Of a stretch of DNA of 64,000 bases, positions 1-11,405 are shown one piece after another. The DNA lies in the NCBI GenBank assembly GCA_000004985.1, contig GG738884.1. The stretch is one strand, 5' to 3'. The notes beneath the pieces are model-generated. The model did no database searches and was not told the origin of the DNA. It saw nothing but the letters and a program-made list of their open reading frames with translations. The translations under genes and the position numbers were made by a program. The stretch comes from Naegleria gruberi (lineage: Eukaryota). The number at the start of each line of letters is the position of its first letter. The stretch's first letter is position 1.

Positions 1-284
1 TCAAGTTGTTCAGAAAAGTTGATGGAGACAAGAATGGTATCTTGAGTGAAATTGAATTCAAACATTTACTTCACCTTATTAATCCAAATAGATCGGAAAG
101 TGATTATGCTCAATGGTTGAACTATGTAGATCCTTACAATAATCAACATATAACATTTACTGAATGTGTTACTTTCCTTTCTTCAGAACTCTTAAAGTTA
201 ATGGGTGAAAAGTCTCAAAATGATTCTGTTGATGAGGAAAATGCGGATGAGGAATTTGAATATGAAAATAATGCTGAAATGTAA
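1..284 (+). CDS. 3' end of an EF-hand calcium-binding protein; the gene starts upstream of the window.
   Basis: The ORF runs from the window edge. The motif FRKVDGDKNGILSEIEF fits a canonical EF-hand loop (D-x-D-x-N-G-x-I-x-x-x-E). It ends with an acidic tail and a TAA stop. Confidence 0.5.
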   Translation, partial: KLFRKVDGDKNGILSEIEFKHLLHLINPNRSESDYAQWLNYVDPYNNQHITFTECVTFLSSELLKLMGEKSQNDSVDEENADEEFEYENNAEM

Positions 285-297
285 AATAATAAATGGT

Positions 298-1074
298 TTA
301 CTCTTTCTTATCTTTCTTTCTCTTTTCCTTCTTTTCCTTCTTCTTTTCCTCTGCTTCCTTCTCTTTCTTTTCTTCCTTTTCCTTCTTCTTTTTCTCCTTC
401 TTTTCCTTCTTTCTCTTTTTCTTCTCCGATTCAGAATCACTGTGATCTGATTCCTCTTCCTTCTTTCTCTTCTTTTCTTCCTTTCCTAACTTTTGTGAAA
501 AATAGTCATCACTACTGATCTTACTAACTTTGGAATGTGGATCTGGTGTTTCTTCCTTTTCTTCCTTTTCTTCTTTCTTTTCTTTCTTTTCTTCTGTCTC
601 TTGGTTTGGATTTTTACCTAAAATTGCAGCCAAATCTTCTTGTGAGTAGTGGCTTGTCATCTTCGATCTAGCTCTTCTATGATGGTGAATTCTATTTGTT
701 TTGGTCTTTGTGACTACTTGTTGTTTTTCATCATCCGATGATGAACTACTTGAGTCCGATGATGATTTATCTGTATTTGTTGTTTTAAGTCTATTCAAAA
801 TATCCGAGAATGATGATGTTTTTTGACAGACAGTTCTTTCTTTCTTTGCTTCTTCTGTTGCTCCAATACCTGCAGTATCTGTTTTAACTGATACTTTTAC
901 ATGTTCCGTTATACCATCCTTTCTCTTTCCCAAACCATCACCTTCCTTCCAACCCATCTTTTCTAATAATTTGAATCCGAGTCTTGATTTATCTTCTGCC
1001 CATCTCTTATTGTTTGGGTCATCTTTAAACATGAATTTAGCACTCTTGTACTTTGGCATTTTTTTTATCTTCAA
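298..1074 (-). CDS. PINX1-like G-patch protein with a long K/E-rich C-terminal tail.
   Basis: The N-terminus has a G-patch (KSRLGFKLLEKMGWKEGDGLGKRKDGITEHVKV), which closely resembles the PINX1 N-terminus. The C-terminal tail is encoded by a TTC/CTT-type simple repeat at 300-600. Confidence 0.65.
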   Translation of the reverse strand: MKIKKMPKYKSAKFMFKDDPNNKRWAEDKSRLGFKLLEKMGWKEGDGLGKRKDGITEHVKVSVKTDTAGIGATEEAKKERTVCQKTSSFSDILNRLKTTNTDKSSSDSSSSSSDDEKQQVVTKTKTNRIHHHRRARSKMTSHYSQEDLAAILGKNPNQETEEKKEKKEEKEEKEETPDPHSKVSKISSDDYFSQKLGKEEKKRKKEEESDHSDSESEKKKRKKEKKEKKKKEKEEKKEKEAEEKKKEKKEKRKKDKKE

Positions 1075-1239
1075 TTATTTGAGGTTAACATTCAAATATT
1101 TATTTGATCGTGATGATTTTCAATTTCATCACGACATTATCATTTAAATATATTACACAGTTAAAGCTCTATCCATGTTTCTGAACTGTTATTGGAATGT
1201 GTTGAAGAAAGTCACAACAATAAATAATATTAATTAAAA

Positions 1240-1887
1240 TTAATCGGAGGTTTTTAATGCAAGACTTGGAATAAATACATTTTCAACAAGTGGAGATTCA
1301 TCATCATCGTCCTCATCCTCATGATCTTTCAAGTATTTGGTAGAGTGTAAATTTTCATCATGAATATAATTTCCTAAACATGCATTTTGTAAAAATTCTA
1401 ATAAATTATCACAGACTGCAGTTGGAGGTCTTACATCACCTAAAGTTTCATCAACTTCAATTAAATAAATTGATTCCATCTTTGTTAAATTCCATGCATA
1501 ATAGAGTGTTTCTTGAATTCCATCCTTGGCAAAAATTACAAAATTCTTAAATGTAGATTCATAATGTTGTTCCAGAATTGTTTCTGCTGAATTTTCTCTT
1601 TCTTCATCGTTAATCATTCTTAAGAAAATATTTTGAATTCTCTTTGTTTGGAATTTAATATCGAATTGATAATATGTTGATGATGGATAAATACCATACA
1701 AGTGTACTCTTCCTAGTTTTCCACTTCCATATTTTGATAGGAATTGTACATAATCTTTGATGATTTGATTATCTGATGGTATATTTACACTTTTGAATTC
1801 ATTGATCATCTCCTCTTCAGATGGTTTTGGGATCGGAGAAAGAGAAGGAATGTTTCTCAATCTAATCTCCACGTTGAGTGTTTCCAT
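1240..1887 (-). CDS. Hypothetical 215-aa protein. It may be a C-terminal continuation of the upstream CEP164-like gene rather than an independent gene.
   Basis: Clean ORF with an acidic C-terminus (EDEDDDDE). Its ATG lies 6 nt (AAAAAA) downstream of, and in frame with, the TAG stop of the preceding ORF, leaving no promoter space. Confidence 0.45.
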   Translation of the reverse strand: METLNVEIRLRNIPSLSPIPKPSEEEMINEFKSVNIPSDNQIIKDYVQFLSKYGSGKLGRVHLYGIYPSSTYYQFDIKFQTKRIQNIFLRMINDEERENSAETILEQHYESTFKNFVIFAKDGIQETLYYAWNLTKMESIYLIEVDETLGDVRPPTAVCDNLLEFLQNACLGNYIHDENLHSTKYLKDHEDEDDDDESPLVENVFIPSLALKTSD

Positions 1888-1893
1888 TTTTTT

Positions 1894-4194
1894 CTAAGTG
1901 AGTTCATGTTTTAGAGACAACAACCAGTTTCCATGCTTTAAAAACATGTCCCTTTTGTGATCTCTTTCAGATATCCACTTGTCTAACTGATTCTGGAATG
2001 CATTAATTTTTCCTTGTAGGATCTTTCTTCTCTTCTCAGTTTGTTTGAAATAATTATGCCATTTTGTTGAAATCATTTGGTAAGATTGAGATGTTTCATC
2101 TAGATTAGTTTGATCAAGTTCTGGGAATATTTTCTTGTAGGCCTTGTAGTTTTCATCAACAGGTGGTTTGTTTTGGAGCTCAATCTTTTTATGGAGAAGG
2201 GCAAGGTCTTCCTCAATTCTGTTCAATATCTTGGCAAGGTGAGACTTGTTTGTGTCAGAATCACTGCTGCTACTGGTAGATAGACTATTAGGGGAATCAG
2301 GATCTGCAGAAATATATGATTCAAAATGGCTCTGATCAATAATACTATCTTCCAGTACTTTGATTTTCTTCTTTCTTAAAGCAATCAGGTTTTGAATTTC
2401 ATTCACTCTCTTGACATCATTATTCAAGCTGTGAGCTTGCTTTTCCAAATGTTGTTTAACACTCTTCAATATCTTATTCATGTTATGCTGGGATCCATCC
2501 TTAATGATGCTTGTATTCAACATATCAGTCTTCCATTCCTCTCTGGCTTGTTCCAACATTTCTTGTCTTGCTCTAATCGTTTCTTTTTCTTGAGAGCAGA
2601 ATTCTTTTGCCTTCTTTAATTTAAGCTTTTCTTCACTAATCTTCTTTTCAGTTTTTTCCTTATACAGAAGGAATTCAGTGTTTTGTTTAGCTAATTGTCT
2701 TGGAGGGGTATTTTCCTTGTCCAAATCAGATATAGAAAGAGGACTTGGGCTTTCATACTTGTTAGATTGCTTAGGTTTCTTAGTTTTAACCAAAATTGGT
2801 TTAAGAGGTGTTGCTAGAACAGGACTTTTTGGGCCCTGTTGGACTGGTATTGGAGACAAAGTTATTGTCTCTATTTCTACATGCTTATTTGCAGGTAATT
2901 GAATGTCTGCTTGGAGACATTCATCTCTAGTTGTTTTTTCTGTTGTCTGTTGTGACTGGTCAATAGTTACAACTTTCTTAGGGGTAATTTGTCTAGGTTC
3001 ACTTGTTTGAGCAAGCATATCTTTGAATGTTTTGGTTATTGTGTTCACACCATCAGATGTGGTTTTGACTCCATCTGTTTGACAGAGACTTGATATTGTT
3101 TGTATTTCAGTTTGAGTTGTTTTGGAGAGAGAAGTCTTCTTTCTCTCAACTTCCACAATCTTTTCAACTATCTTAGGTTTTTCAACAATCTTTTCGACTA
3201 CTTTTTCAACAATCTTCTCGACTGGTTTCTCTACAATTTTCTCTATAATTTTCTCAACAGGTTTTTCGACAACCTTCTCGACTATCTTTTCTACAATTTT
3301 CTCGACTGGTTTCTCTACAATTTTCTCTACAATCTTCTCAACAAGGACCTTAGTATCAATTTTATCAGTTTGACACTCGATAGCCTTAAACGTCTTTGCT
3401 TCAGTTTGTGCTTGATTTTTCTTCAATCTAGCATTTTCCTCAAACATTTCATCTGCTTCTTGTCTTGCTAATGCTATTTGTTTCCTATTTTCAATAAATG
3501 TATCTTGGAGAGTTTGCTTGTGTTTCTTTTCCATGATATCTTTTTCGGTTTGAAGCTGAGTTATTTTGTTCCTGTACTCAACTTCCATCTTATTCTTATT
3601 CTCTCTAAGATCATTTTCTAGTTTTTCATTCTCATTATTCAAGTGTATTATCTTTTTCTGAAGTTCAATCCTTTCCCTGTTTGATAATTCAAGTTGTTGA
3701 TCTAGAGACCTTATTTTGTCTTGTAATTTGATAAGCTCTTCATTGTTTTGCGGAGATGAAGAACTTGATTCTCTAAGCTTCTTTACAGATGATGAAGAAG
3801 ACAAAGTAGTCATATTAGTAAGAGAAGGTATTTCATCTGATGATCGTAAAGAATTGAGCGGATCAAGTTTTGTTGTTGTAATTTTCTTCTTTTTCTTCTT
3901 TTTTTCCTTTTTCAATTTTTCCCTTTCCTTTGCCACTTTTTCCTTATAATAGGCATCAAGTGGATGATCCCATATTGATTCTCCTGAATTAAAATTAAAG
4001 TAATAAAGTTGACCATCGGACTGACAAGGTCTCCATCCATCAGGTAAGGGAGCTTTTATTCCCTCCAAAGCGATTGGTATTAACTCCTTTTCCAGCACAG
4101 GATCAATACCAAGAAATTCTGCATATTTTAAAACATCCTCTTCAGTAGGCTCTTCTTGCTCGATGAAGATATTGTCATCATCAATAGAACTCAT
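1894..4194 (-). CDS. CEP164-like protein with an N-terminal WW domain and a long coiled coil.
   Basis: The N-terminus ([58 protein letters not shown] followed by a poly-K run) matches the CEP164 N-terminal WW module by recall: IGIDP...EGI.APLP..W.PCQ...G..YYFNF..G.S.WDHP.D..Y, then a K-run. The rest is an extended heptad-rich coiled coil with an internal VEKI/PVEK tandem repeat. Confidence 0.7.
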   Translation of the reverse strand: MSSIDDDNIFIEQEEPTEEDVLKYAEFLGIDPVLEKELIPIALEGIKAPLPDGWRPCQSDGQLYYFNFNSGESIWDHPLDAYYKEKVAKEREKLKKEKKKKKKKITTTKLDPLNSLRSSDEIPSLTNMTTLSSSSSVKKLRESSSSSPQNNEELIKLQDKIRSLDQQLELSNRERIELQKKIIHLNNENEKLENDLRENKNKMEVEYRNKITQLQTEKDIMEKKHKQTLQDTFIENRKQIALARQEADEMFEENARLKKNQAQTEAKTFKAIECQTDKIDTKVLVEKIVEKIVEKPVEKIVEKIVEKVVEKPVEKIIEKIVEKPVEKIVEKVVEKIVEKPKIVEKIVEVERKKTSLSKTTQTEIQTISSLCQTDGVKTTSDGVNTITKTFKDMLAQTSEPRQITPKKVVTIDQSQQTTEKTTRDECLQADIQLPANKHVEIETITLSPIPVQQGPKSPVLATPLKPILVKTKKPKQSNKYESPSPLSISDLDKENTPPRQLAKQNTEFLLYKEKTEKKISEEKLKLKKAKEFCSQEKETIRARQEMLEQAREEWKTDMLNTSIIKDGSQHNMNKILKSVKQHLEKQAHSLNNDVKRVNEIQNLIALRKKKIKVLEDSIIDQSHFESYISADPDSPNSLSTSSSSDSDTNKSHLAKILNRIEEDLALLHKKIELQNKPPVDENYKAYKKIFPELDQTNLDETSQSYQMISTKWHNYFKQTEKRRKILQGKINAFQNQLDKWISERDHKRDMFLKHGNWLLSLKHELT
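3140..3360 (-). repeat. In-frame tandem repeat with a 12-nt unit encoding (I/P)VEK x about 17, inside the CEP164-like CDS.
   Basis: The protein reads [31 protein letters not shown]... The antisense strand gives spurious FSTIFST and NFLYNFL ORFs in the track. Confidence 0.8.
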
Positions 4195-4314
4195 TTTTTT
4201 TCACAATATTTTAAAGAGAAACGGTTTTTGTAAGAAAATTGGCGGGAAACTTGTGAGCGCCACTTTAAAATGTAACGATAAAGTTGTTTGAGAATTTAAT
4301 TATTAATAAATAGG

Positions 4315-6000
4315 ATGAGGACCTCAATCTTGAAAACACTTAAAAATAATATTTTTTGCAAAAACAATGAAATTGAAACTTTCAATGCTTTACAACAACA
4401 TTCCACTATGCAAAATACTTGTCAAAAAACAATGCCAAAACACATTACGAATGATTACATTAAATTCAACTCACATCTCTCCTTCATTATTCACGATAAA
4501 GAGTCAGAGAACAACACTGATGATATCAACACTGTGAACAATCACGAATCATTTTATGATGATTTTAAATTTACAACTAGAATGATACCAATTATTGTGA
4601 TTCTCTATTCGGAGGAGGAAGGAAAGTACATTTATCATGATGATGTGAGAAGAGTATGTCCTAGGAATACTTTTCCAAAGTATTTACTTGCTCAATTGCA
4701 GGAAATGTTTGATGATGATCATGGGGTTTATTCAAAATTTGCTTTGATTAAATTGGGTAAATTGGGAATTAGTTTAAAGTGGAGAATATTGGATATTGTG
4801 GAAGAATTGGATGATGGACAGATTGTTAGGAGTGAAAGATATGATTCTGAAGGAGAACCAATTATTTCATTTCAAAAGATTAGTAATAATGAGCTTGATA
4901 TTTGTTTATCTGATTTTATGAATTTATTTAATTTGAAAATTGAATTGTGTCAGAAAGATATTGAGAAATCACAAGTTAAAATTAAGAAAATTGGAACATC
5001 CCACATCATGCCAATTCTTACACAGAATATGATTACATCACTTTTTGAATCAACAACAATTTCGCCTAAAATTAGACGAAATGGCCAATGTGAACATATT
5101 GTATCTTATGCATTATACAAAAACACATGCCTCTCCTATAACTTTAAACTATTCACGTACGAGAATAATGAACAAAAAATTAAGGACACAATTGAGTTTG
5201 AGTTTGATTTTGGTCAATCACTTTTACTAGTCAATCAGAATACGAATGAGATTTATCTAATGGTTTATGGAAATGATCATGGATTTTTCAAAATAATACC
5301 AAAGGGGATCGACTCTTTGGAAAATCATCAAATGGAATTAATTCCATTTGAGAACTATATAGATTTCAAACCAAAAGTGTGGAACAAAAATTCTATTCTG
5401 TCATGTCCGTTAACAGCAAGCAAATATTTGGTTCTCATTCGTGAGGTCAACAACAATGAACAATCAAGTAATAGCTATCAAAGCTTATTCACCAATGAAT
5501 TCAAATGGTTGCTGGTTGATTTAGACTACCATAGAGTAAAGAGAGTCTACCCAAGAGTTTATAAATTGCCTGAAAATGGAGTCAAAAAGAAGAAAGGAAG
5601 AGAAAAGTTTCTTTTCCCAGACGGAGATTTGAATGCAGGATACAGTGATGCCTTATTATTGAGATACATTTCACGATCGAAAGAATCAAAAGAGATTTCC
5701 TTCTCTAAAATAATGAATGAAACCCATTCCTCATTAATTCCAATGCCAGAAAAGCAAACCCTTGAGAATTTATTTGCATTTAGACCATTCCCAGAAAACC
5801 CAGAACTATTCCAAGTGCATTTATCTGTTTCTGATCGTCATTTGATATCCGTTAGGAAGAAGAATAAGAATTTTACACATGGAAAATTCTTTAGGTTTTA
5901 CTTTAAATTCAGAGATGAGGCTACATGTAAATATTCACTTTTATATCTACTTAATGAGAATGGTCAATTTTCAGATGTTTCAATTAAATTTTTTGAATAA
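4315..6000 (+). CDS. Hypothetical 561-aa protein with no recognisable domain.
   Basis: Long uninterrupted ORF with a TAA stop. It diverges from the CEP164-like gene across a 120-bp shared promoter region. Confidence 0.55.
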   Translation: MRTSILKTLKNNIFCKNNEIETFNALQQHSTMQNTCQKTMPKHITNDYIKFNSHLSFIIHDKESENNTDDINTVNNHESFYDDFKFTTRMIPIIVILYSEEEGKYIYHDDVRRVCPRNTFPKYLLAQLQEMFDDDHGVYSKFALIKLGKLGISLKWRILDIVEELDDGQIVRSERYDSEGEPIISFQKISNNELDICLSDFMNLFNLKIELCQKDIEKSQVKIKKIGTSHIMPILTQNMITSLFESTTISPKIRRNGQCEHIVSYALYKNTCLSYNFKLFTYENNEQKIKDTIEFEFDFGQSLLLVNQNTNEIYLMVYGNDHGFFKIIPKGIDSLENHQMELIPFENYIDFKPKVWNKNSILSCPLTASKYLVLIREVNNNEQSSNSYQSLFTNEFKWLLVDLDYHRVKRVYPRVYKLPENGVKKKKGREKFLFPDGDLNAGYSDALLLRYISRSKESKEISFSKIMNETHSSLIPMPEKQTLENLFAFRPFPENPELFQVHLSVSDRHLISVRKKNKNFTHGKFFRFYFKFRDEATCKYSLLYLLNENGQFSDVSIKFFE

Positions 6001-6019
6001 GTGGTTTGAGAATTATTTA

Positions 6020-6994
6020 TCAATATTTTGATCTCTTAATATTAGGATAAAAAACACAATTCCACTCAGGATTCCAAGGAAGTGCCATGATGATTGAGTC
6101 AACAAATAATTTGTCTGAAATTGTTTCACCCAATCCCAAGTACTCTCTTACTTTTTCACTAGCTTTTGTTAAAATTAAATCACCTCCATCTGGTAGCTCA
6201 ACAAAAACTGTACCTCTCTTTTTCGCTTCTTTTGTTACTGTCAAAGTCCAACTAGTTACACATCCCTCTTCATCATATGCATCATGGTCAATAGTAATGT
6301 CACCAATCTTGATTTGTGCCTCGTAAGAGTATCTATAATCCATTCTTGTCGATTTAAAAGAAATAATGGTGCACTTTCTGAATATATTATCTTCCAATTG
6401 TTTGGCAATAGCTTTTCCATGGGTTCTCTCCACATCATCCAAATATGAATTCCAAGCTGCCATTTTCTCCAGTGTTTTGGTTTTTGATTTCAATTTTGCT
6501 TTGACCAATTCCACAGTATTCGAAAGTTCTGAAACTGTTTGTATAAGCTTTTCTTCATATGAATTCAAAGTCTTTTTATCTTGACCTTTTCTGACTGTTC
6601 TTTCCTCTTCTTCATCATCAGATCCTTCATCTTCTTCATCTTCCTCATCAGCATCATCTTCCTCATCCTCCTTTTCATCCGATTTCTTTTTTGCCAAATT
6701 ACTTGTTCGAACAAAAGTGGAAAGGTCAACTCTCTGAACTAATCTTTCCAAATCTCTCTTTAATCGACTAGAAAGAAATAAAGAGTGATTCTGATAGAGT
6801 GAATTGTACAATTCTCTACAGGTAAGAATAAAATTGGCTCCATCAAGAGTATCATCGAGATAATTTAAAATTTCGCTATGAATTTCCGAAGGTAATTGAC
6901 AAATATTATCATCATTTCTGCCATTGGTCTTGATCAACTTCTTGGAGGGGGATGGTTCAGAGTTGTTGGAATCATCAGACAGTTTTCTTTTCAT
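6020..6994 (-). CDS. F-box-like protein with an acidic D/E tract.
   Basis: ICQLPSEIHSEILNYLDDTLDGANFILTCRELYNSL resembles an F-box. It is followed by a poly-acidic stretch. The stop codon is TGA. Confidence 0.5.
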   Translation of the reverse strand: MKRKLSDDSNNSEPSPSKKLIKTNGRNDDNICQLPSEIHSEILNYLDDTLDGANFILTCRELYNSLYQNHSLFLSSRLKRDLERLVQRVDLSTFVRTSNLAKKKSDEKEDEEDDADEEDEEDEGSDDEEEERTVRKGQDKKTLNSYEEKLIQTVSELSNTVELVKAKLKSKTKTLEKMAAWNSYLDDVERTHGKAIAKQLEDNIFRKCTIISFKSTRMDYRYSYEAQIKIGDITIDHDAYDEEGCVTSWTLTVTKEAKKRGTVFVELPDGGDLILTKASEKVREYLGLGETISDKLFVDSIIMALPWNPEWNCVFYPNIKRSKY

Positions 6995-7839
6995 TTTTTT
7001 TTCTAATAAATGATGGATTTTGTGATTTGCAGGAACATATCCCGAACTTTGCGAATTTGATGTAAACCAATATTTTAATTATATTCAGTAAAATAAAGAA
7101 ATCAACAAGATACTGGAAGGCAATTAAAAGCATGCTATGTTGCCTGTATGCTTCTAAAATGATTAAGCTATTAAAGATTGGGATTCGGATTTTTATTCAA
7201 TTTTTTAAAATTCTTTTCTCCCTCAATTACGTATCATTGAAGAGAATGAATATTCAATGTTACTGTTACAAAGTTACACATCGAGTTCTGTGATAATAAC
7301 TGTTCAATCCCGTAATAAATTAAGAAAGGAGATACTGGACTTTAATCAATACAGTGAATAACTCTTGTTCTCACGAACACAATCTTCTTCAATCCGCCTT
7401 ATTTTGGAACAGTTCCATCGTGACTGTTGGCCTTAATTATAAATCGCATTGTGTTTTATTGGAAAATATGATTCTCTTAGTTGTAGAATAGACAATAGAG
7501 GTTCGTATCTTTGAACTGGTTGCTGTAAAAATTTCCTTAATAGCTAAATACCGTTTCCAAAACAATTCTCAAAATTTCGCTTTCTGGTGTCTGATCGCGA
7601 TCTAATACTTGAACAATGAAGCGGGACTTCTTTGACCTTTTCAAAAAAAACGAACAAACACCAACAATAACAAGATTGGAAGTCTTGAGATTTATCGCCT
7701 TACTTGATAACCCTTGCGTGCATGTACCAATCAACTTCATCATCATCTTCATCATTAAAAGATCGTACTCTCACTCATAAAGTGCTCATTGAAAGATTGC
7801 TAAAAGGTATGTTATTTTGTTGTATTAAGGGTTGCTTAT

Positions 7840-9666
7840 GTGATGAACATTGTTATAATGCTGCTACTGCTACTAATAATTATACAACAATTAATAACAT
7901 CAGAATATTGCTCGCAAACTTATACCTTCAACGATCAACACATTGCCCCTTCATCACTTGTTGACTCTTCTTTTGCAATGATGCCAAACAATAACAACAT
8001 GTTGTTTGGAGGAAATAAGAATGGCAATGGTTTCTGTAACAATTCCCTCAATATTAACAATCAACAGCAAACAAACAATGGTACTTCTTCATTTCCATCA
8101 TCAAGTGGTAGTTCTGGACTACATCTTTCTCTCAATTATAACGAACTAACTAACATGCAGTATCCTCAAACCTATAATGGAAATAACATGTTCAGTTCAT
8201 CACCACATGCAACAAACTCCATCAATATTCACAAGACATGCTACGATAATAACTTCATCAGATCAAATAACCAGCATCAAGAGAATATGATCTCTCCTCT
8301 TGATTTCTCAAACATGTTCAATGTACAAAATAATAATTCATCAAACATGAATAATTGCAACATGAGGAACGGAAATCAAATTTCAAACAATTTTCACATG
8401 AATCAAAACAGTCAACAACATGTAAATTTCAACGTGGTTCCTCAAAACTCAATGACTGGTCAATACGAACCACTAGTCCAATCATTTTCAAATCCATTCC
8501 AACTAGGTTCCGCAAACCAAAGAGTATCTGAGCCTTCCTTAGCCCTTGAAGATACTTGCATTTCCCAGTTTTGTAGCACAGAGGCCCTTAACAAGAGGAA
8601 GCAAACGTTATCTGATTTCCAATTACAGTCAAACAACTCAATCTCAAATACCATAGAGTGTTCTTCAAGCATATCTCCACAACCATTCATTGAAAATAGT
8701 CAAAATGCAATGAATTTAGTTGAGAACTCTTTCAATACACATCTTGGAACGACAAACAAAATGCAATCATCATTTCCTCACAATAATAACTGTTACCTTA
8801 ATAACAACAGCAACGACATGCATTTTGGGGGAGAACATTGTTTTGATCCTTCAGATGATGCATCATCTAACGAGCATGTATCAAGTCCAAAGAGTGGAGG
8901 AAAGGAAAGAGTTGTTGCTTCAAGTGTAGGAAAGAAAGTGAATGGTAGATATACAAAGCTTAGAAAACAGTTAAGAACATTTGGAGGTGATTTCACAGAT
9001 AACTACTTTGTTTTGGATATTTCTACAGCAGGAGAGAAGAGACCAATTAAGGGAGGAAAGAAGAGAAAGTCATCACCAACCGAAAATGAATCAGAAGAAG
9101 AAATATTACATAACAATAGAAATCACAGAAGTTATACCATCCATTCTTCAGATTATAACAATAATATCAAAATCATACCAGACATGCAAAACACATCTGA
9201 TGAATGTGTAATTGACATGGACTCAAGAAGACGTTCTTCAATAGGACCAATTTCTCAATCATCAACCAATCCAGTCATTATGATAGATTCAGTCAACAAT
9301 AACTCATTCAATCCTCCTCCATCCCTAATAATTTCAAACGATTCCATGTCGAGACCATACTCCACTCCAAACAATACCATTTCCCCAAGAAGCTCCAACT
9401 CTAGAGATATAACACCACAAGAAGTTGAACAAACCGACAATAGATCTGTACAGATACTCCTCTCTCTATTAATGAATTCGGTTAATCAACAACAAGCAAC
9501 TAAGGAAATATCAATCAATAATGAATCAGTTCCACCACAATCCAATCCTCAATTCAATTTCAATGTAAATACAAGAAGTCAATCCCTTACCCCTCAAAAC
9601 TTTGCCAACAATGAGGATTTTTCATTTTTGAACATGTTGATGAGACAGAACAACAATAAACAATAA
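7840..9666 (+). CDS. Asn/Ser/Gln-rich low-complexity nuclear protein. The 5' end is uncertain, and an upstream exon may lie near 7704-7806.
   Basis: Long ORF with poly-N tracts and a basic patch (GGKKRKSSP). The first 25 codons look non-coding. GTATGT at 7807 and CATCAG at about 7900 would be a plausible intron. Confidence 0.45.
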   Translation: MMNIVIMLLLLLIIIQQLITSEYCSQTYTFNDQHIAPSSLVDSSFAMMPNNNNMLFGGNKNGNGFCNNSLNINNQQQTNNGTSSFPSSSGSSGLHLSLNYNELTNMQYPQTYNGNNMFSSSPHATNSINIHKTCYDNNFIRSNNQHQENMISPLDFSNMFNVQNNNSSNMNNCNMRNGNQISNNFHMNQNSQQHVNFNVVPQNSMTGQYEPLVQSFSNPFQLGSANQRVSEPSLALEDTCISQFCSTEALNKRKQTLSDFQLQSNNSISNTIECSSSISPQPFIENSQNAMNLVENSFNTHLGTTNKMQSSFPHNNNCYLNNNSNDMHFGGEHCFDPSDDASSNEHVSSPKSGGKERVVASSVGKKVNGRYTKLRKQLRTFGGDFTDNYFVLDISTAGEKRPIKGGKKRKSSPTENESEEEILHNNRNHRSYTIHSSDYNNNIKIIPDMQNTSDECVIDMDSRRRSSIGPISQSSTNPVIMIDSVNNNSFNPPPSLIISNDSMSRPYSTPNNTISPRSSNSRDITPQEVEQTDNRSVQILLSLLMNSVNQQQATKEISINNESVPPQSNPQFNFNVNTRSQSLTPQNFANNEDFSFLNMLMRQNNNKQ

Positions 9667-9725
9667 CAAATCGCAAATATCTACTTTTCACATCATTCAA
9701 ATGTCATCACAACAATCAAAAAAAA

Positions 9726-9940
9726 ATGAACGACACAGAGAAGATTGTCTTGATTTTGTTCTGTCTGTTTTTACCTCCTGTAGCAGTTGCTGTTAGAAAG
9801 GGATTGCACATTCACTTGTATTTGAACATCTTCCTGACCTTGCTTGGATTGATTCCTGGAATTATTCACGCCTTCATTGTTGGTAAGTTGTGTTGGAAAT
9901 TAAATTTTATATAATTTCATAGCTTTTGGAATTTTGTAAA
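9726..9940 (+). CDS. Pmp3/RCI2/UPF0057 family small membrane proteolipid, split by one short intron.
   Basis: ILILFCLFLPPVAVAVRKG...LNIFLTLLGLIPGIIHAFIV matches the Pmp3 signature (LPP(L/V)AV...G). A GTAAGT donor sits at 9883-9888 and an AG acceptor at about 9921 or 9951. The 3' exon is only a few codons. Confidence 0.6.
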
Positions 9941-9957
9941 TTGAATAAATAGGATAT

Positions 9958-11340
9958 TTATCTATCATTCCACCAAATTACACCAAAACAATTCTCAAAT
10001 GCTTCATAAGTCATCCAGAAACAACCATCATCTGTGTTTTCATGTTTGAGTGATTTTTTCACATCTGGATACTTGTCCCATTCTGAGCTATTATCGGACC
10101 ATGGTCCATTATATTCAGTTCTTCCCCATGTATTTCTCAAATTTACTAATTTTAAATCATGTTCTGGGAATTTTCTATATCCAAGAAGTGAATAACCATG
10201 ATAATTAACAAGACCTTTCGAGTTGACCAAATCAGATCCTTCTTCACCTGGCATTGTTGCACAAACTGGAACACTTGTAGCACTGTCTAATAACTTTTCA
10301 ATTAAGGGCCAAAAAGTACCATTCTTCATCTTTTCTTTTGCCTCTGAATCTCTTCCTGTGAACCATTCTAATTGTTTGGCTCTACCACCAAATAGTAAAG
10401 AAAGAATATTCGAAGGGTAGATCAAGTGAGCATTCATCAGTGGATTTACCTTTTCATAATCTCCAACCTAATGTTAATTCATTGATTTTACAAGATCCAA
10501 AAGAGAATACTTACTAGTTTGGCTATTGCCTTTTCAATTAGAGATATCCACAATTCGCCAACATCATCTGAATGGGCAAACTTTAAACGACCATTTTCAG
10601 CAGGAAAATAATCATCTATGAGGAGAGTCATCTTCTCATTGTTTGGCTCTAAATTGAATGTGAGTGCATAGAGACCTAGTTTTGATCAATCGACTCACAA
10701 TGAATGAATACTCTCCTTAATAGATTTGGTCTCAATGCTGCTCCACTTATACTTGAAATTAAAAAGCAATCACCCAAACTTCCTTGAATTGCATCCTTAA
10801 CAGAAATATTCTTAAATACTGCCGGTTTCTTGAATAGGTCTTGTGCTCTAACACAATCACTTCTTGGAGGGAAATCCTCATCAACAAATTTCAAGTTTCT
10901 ACTCTTTAGTTCACCAACTAGATCATTTACAATATCTGGTGTTTTGAAACCAATTTTACGAGGACCAATTCTCTGATTGGAATGGCTCATTAGAATATTT
11001 CTACAACTCGACTGTTTATCATCCTCTATACATGCTGGATAATCCACATAGGTTGCCTCAATAATGTACATGGTTGGTTTTTCTGTTACTTTCAACACAT
11101 ACTCAACTTGATCACTTTTCTCATCCTTCAGTAAGAAATAATGTCCACTATATGCAAAAGTTCCCCAAAACGTTGAAATAGGAGCGCTGCATAACCATGA
11201 GAAAAGTGATTTCCTTCTGTATCCACTCTAATGACATCAAACTTTCTTGTTGTATCATTTTTTATCCAAATATCAGTTTGATTATTCGAATCGAAGGTTG
11301 ACTTGAGAGATTTCCAATCAATATCACTTGCGTTAATCAA
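9958..11340 (-). CDS. Calpain-like cysteine protease, multi-exon.
   Basis: An active-site Cys motif (AIQGSLGDCFLISSISGAA) follows FVDEDFPP. The 3' exon carries His-region and domain IIb motifs (YHGYSLLGY, NLRNTWGRTEYNGPWSDNSSEW, DGCFWMTYEAFENCF). The ORF pieces sit in different frames, so there are several short introns; boundaries were not resolved. Confidence 0.6.
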
Positions 11341-11405
11341 ATTACAAGTATGAATATTCTTTGAAGTATCTTCCTCAATTGCATTCTCAAATTCTTCCTT
11401 CCATT

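Noticed and set aside
198-450. Overlapping 80-81-aa ORFs (poly-R/K and poly-L/F) on both strands.
   Set aside because: They are artefacts of the TTC/CTT simple repeat encoding the K/E-rich tail of the PINX1-like gene.
3100-3471. Plus-strand ORFs of 123 and 83 aa (NFLYNFL and FSTIFST).
   Set aside because: They are antisense readings of the 12-nt tandem repeat in the CEP164-like CDS.
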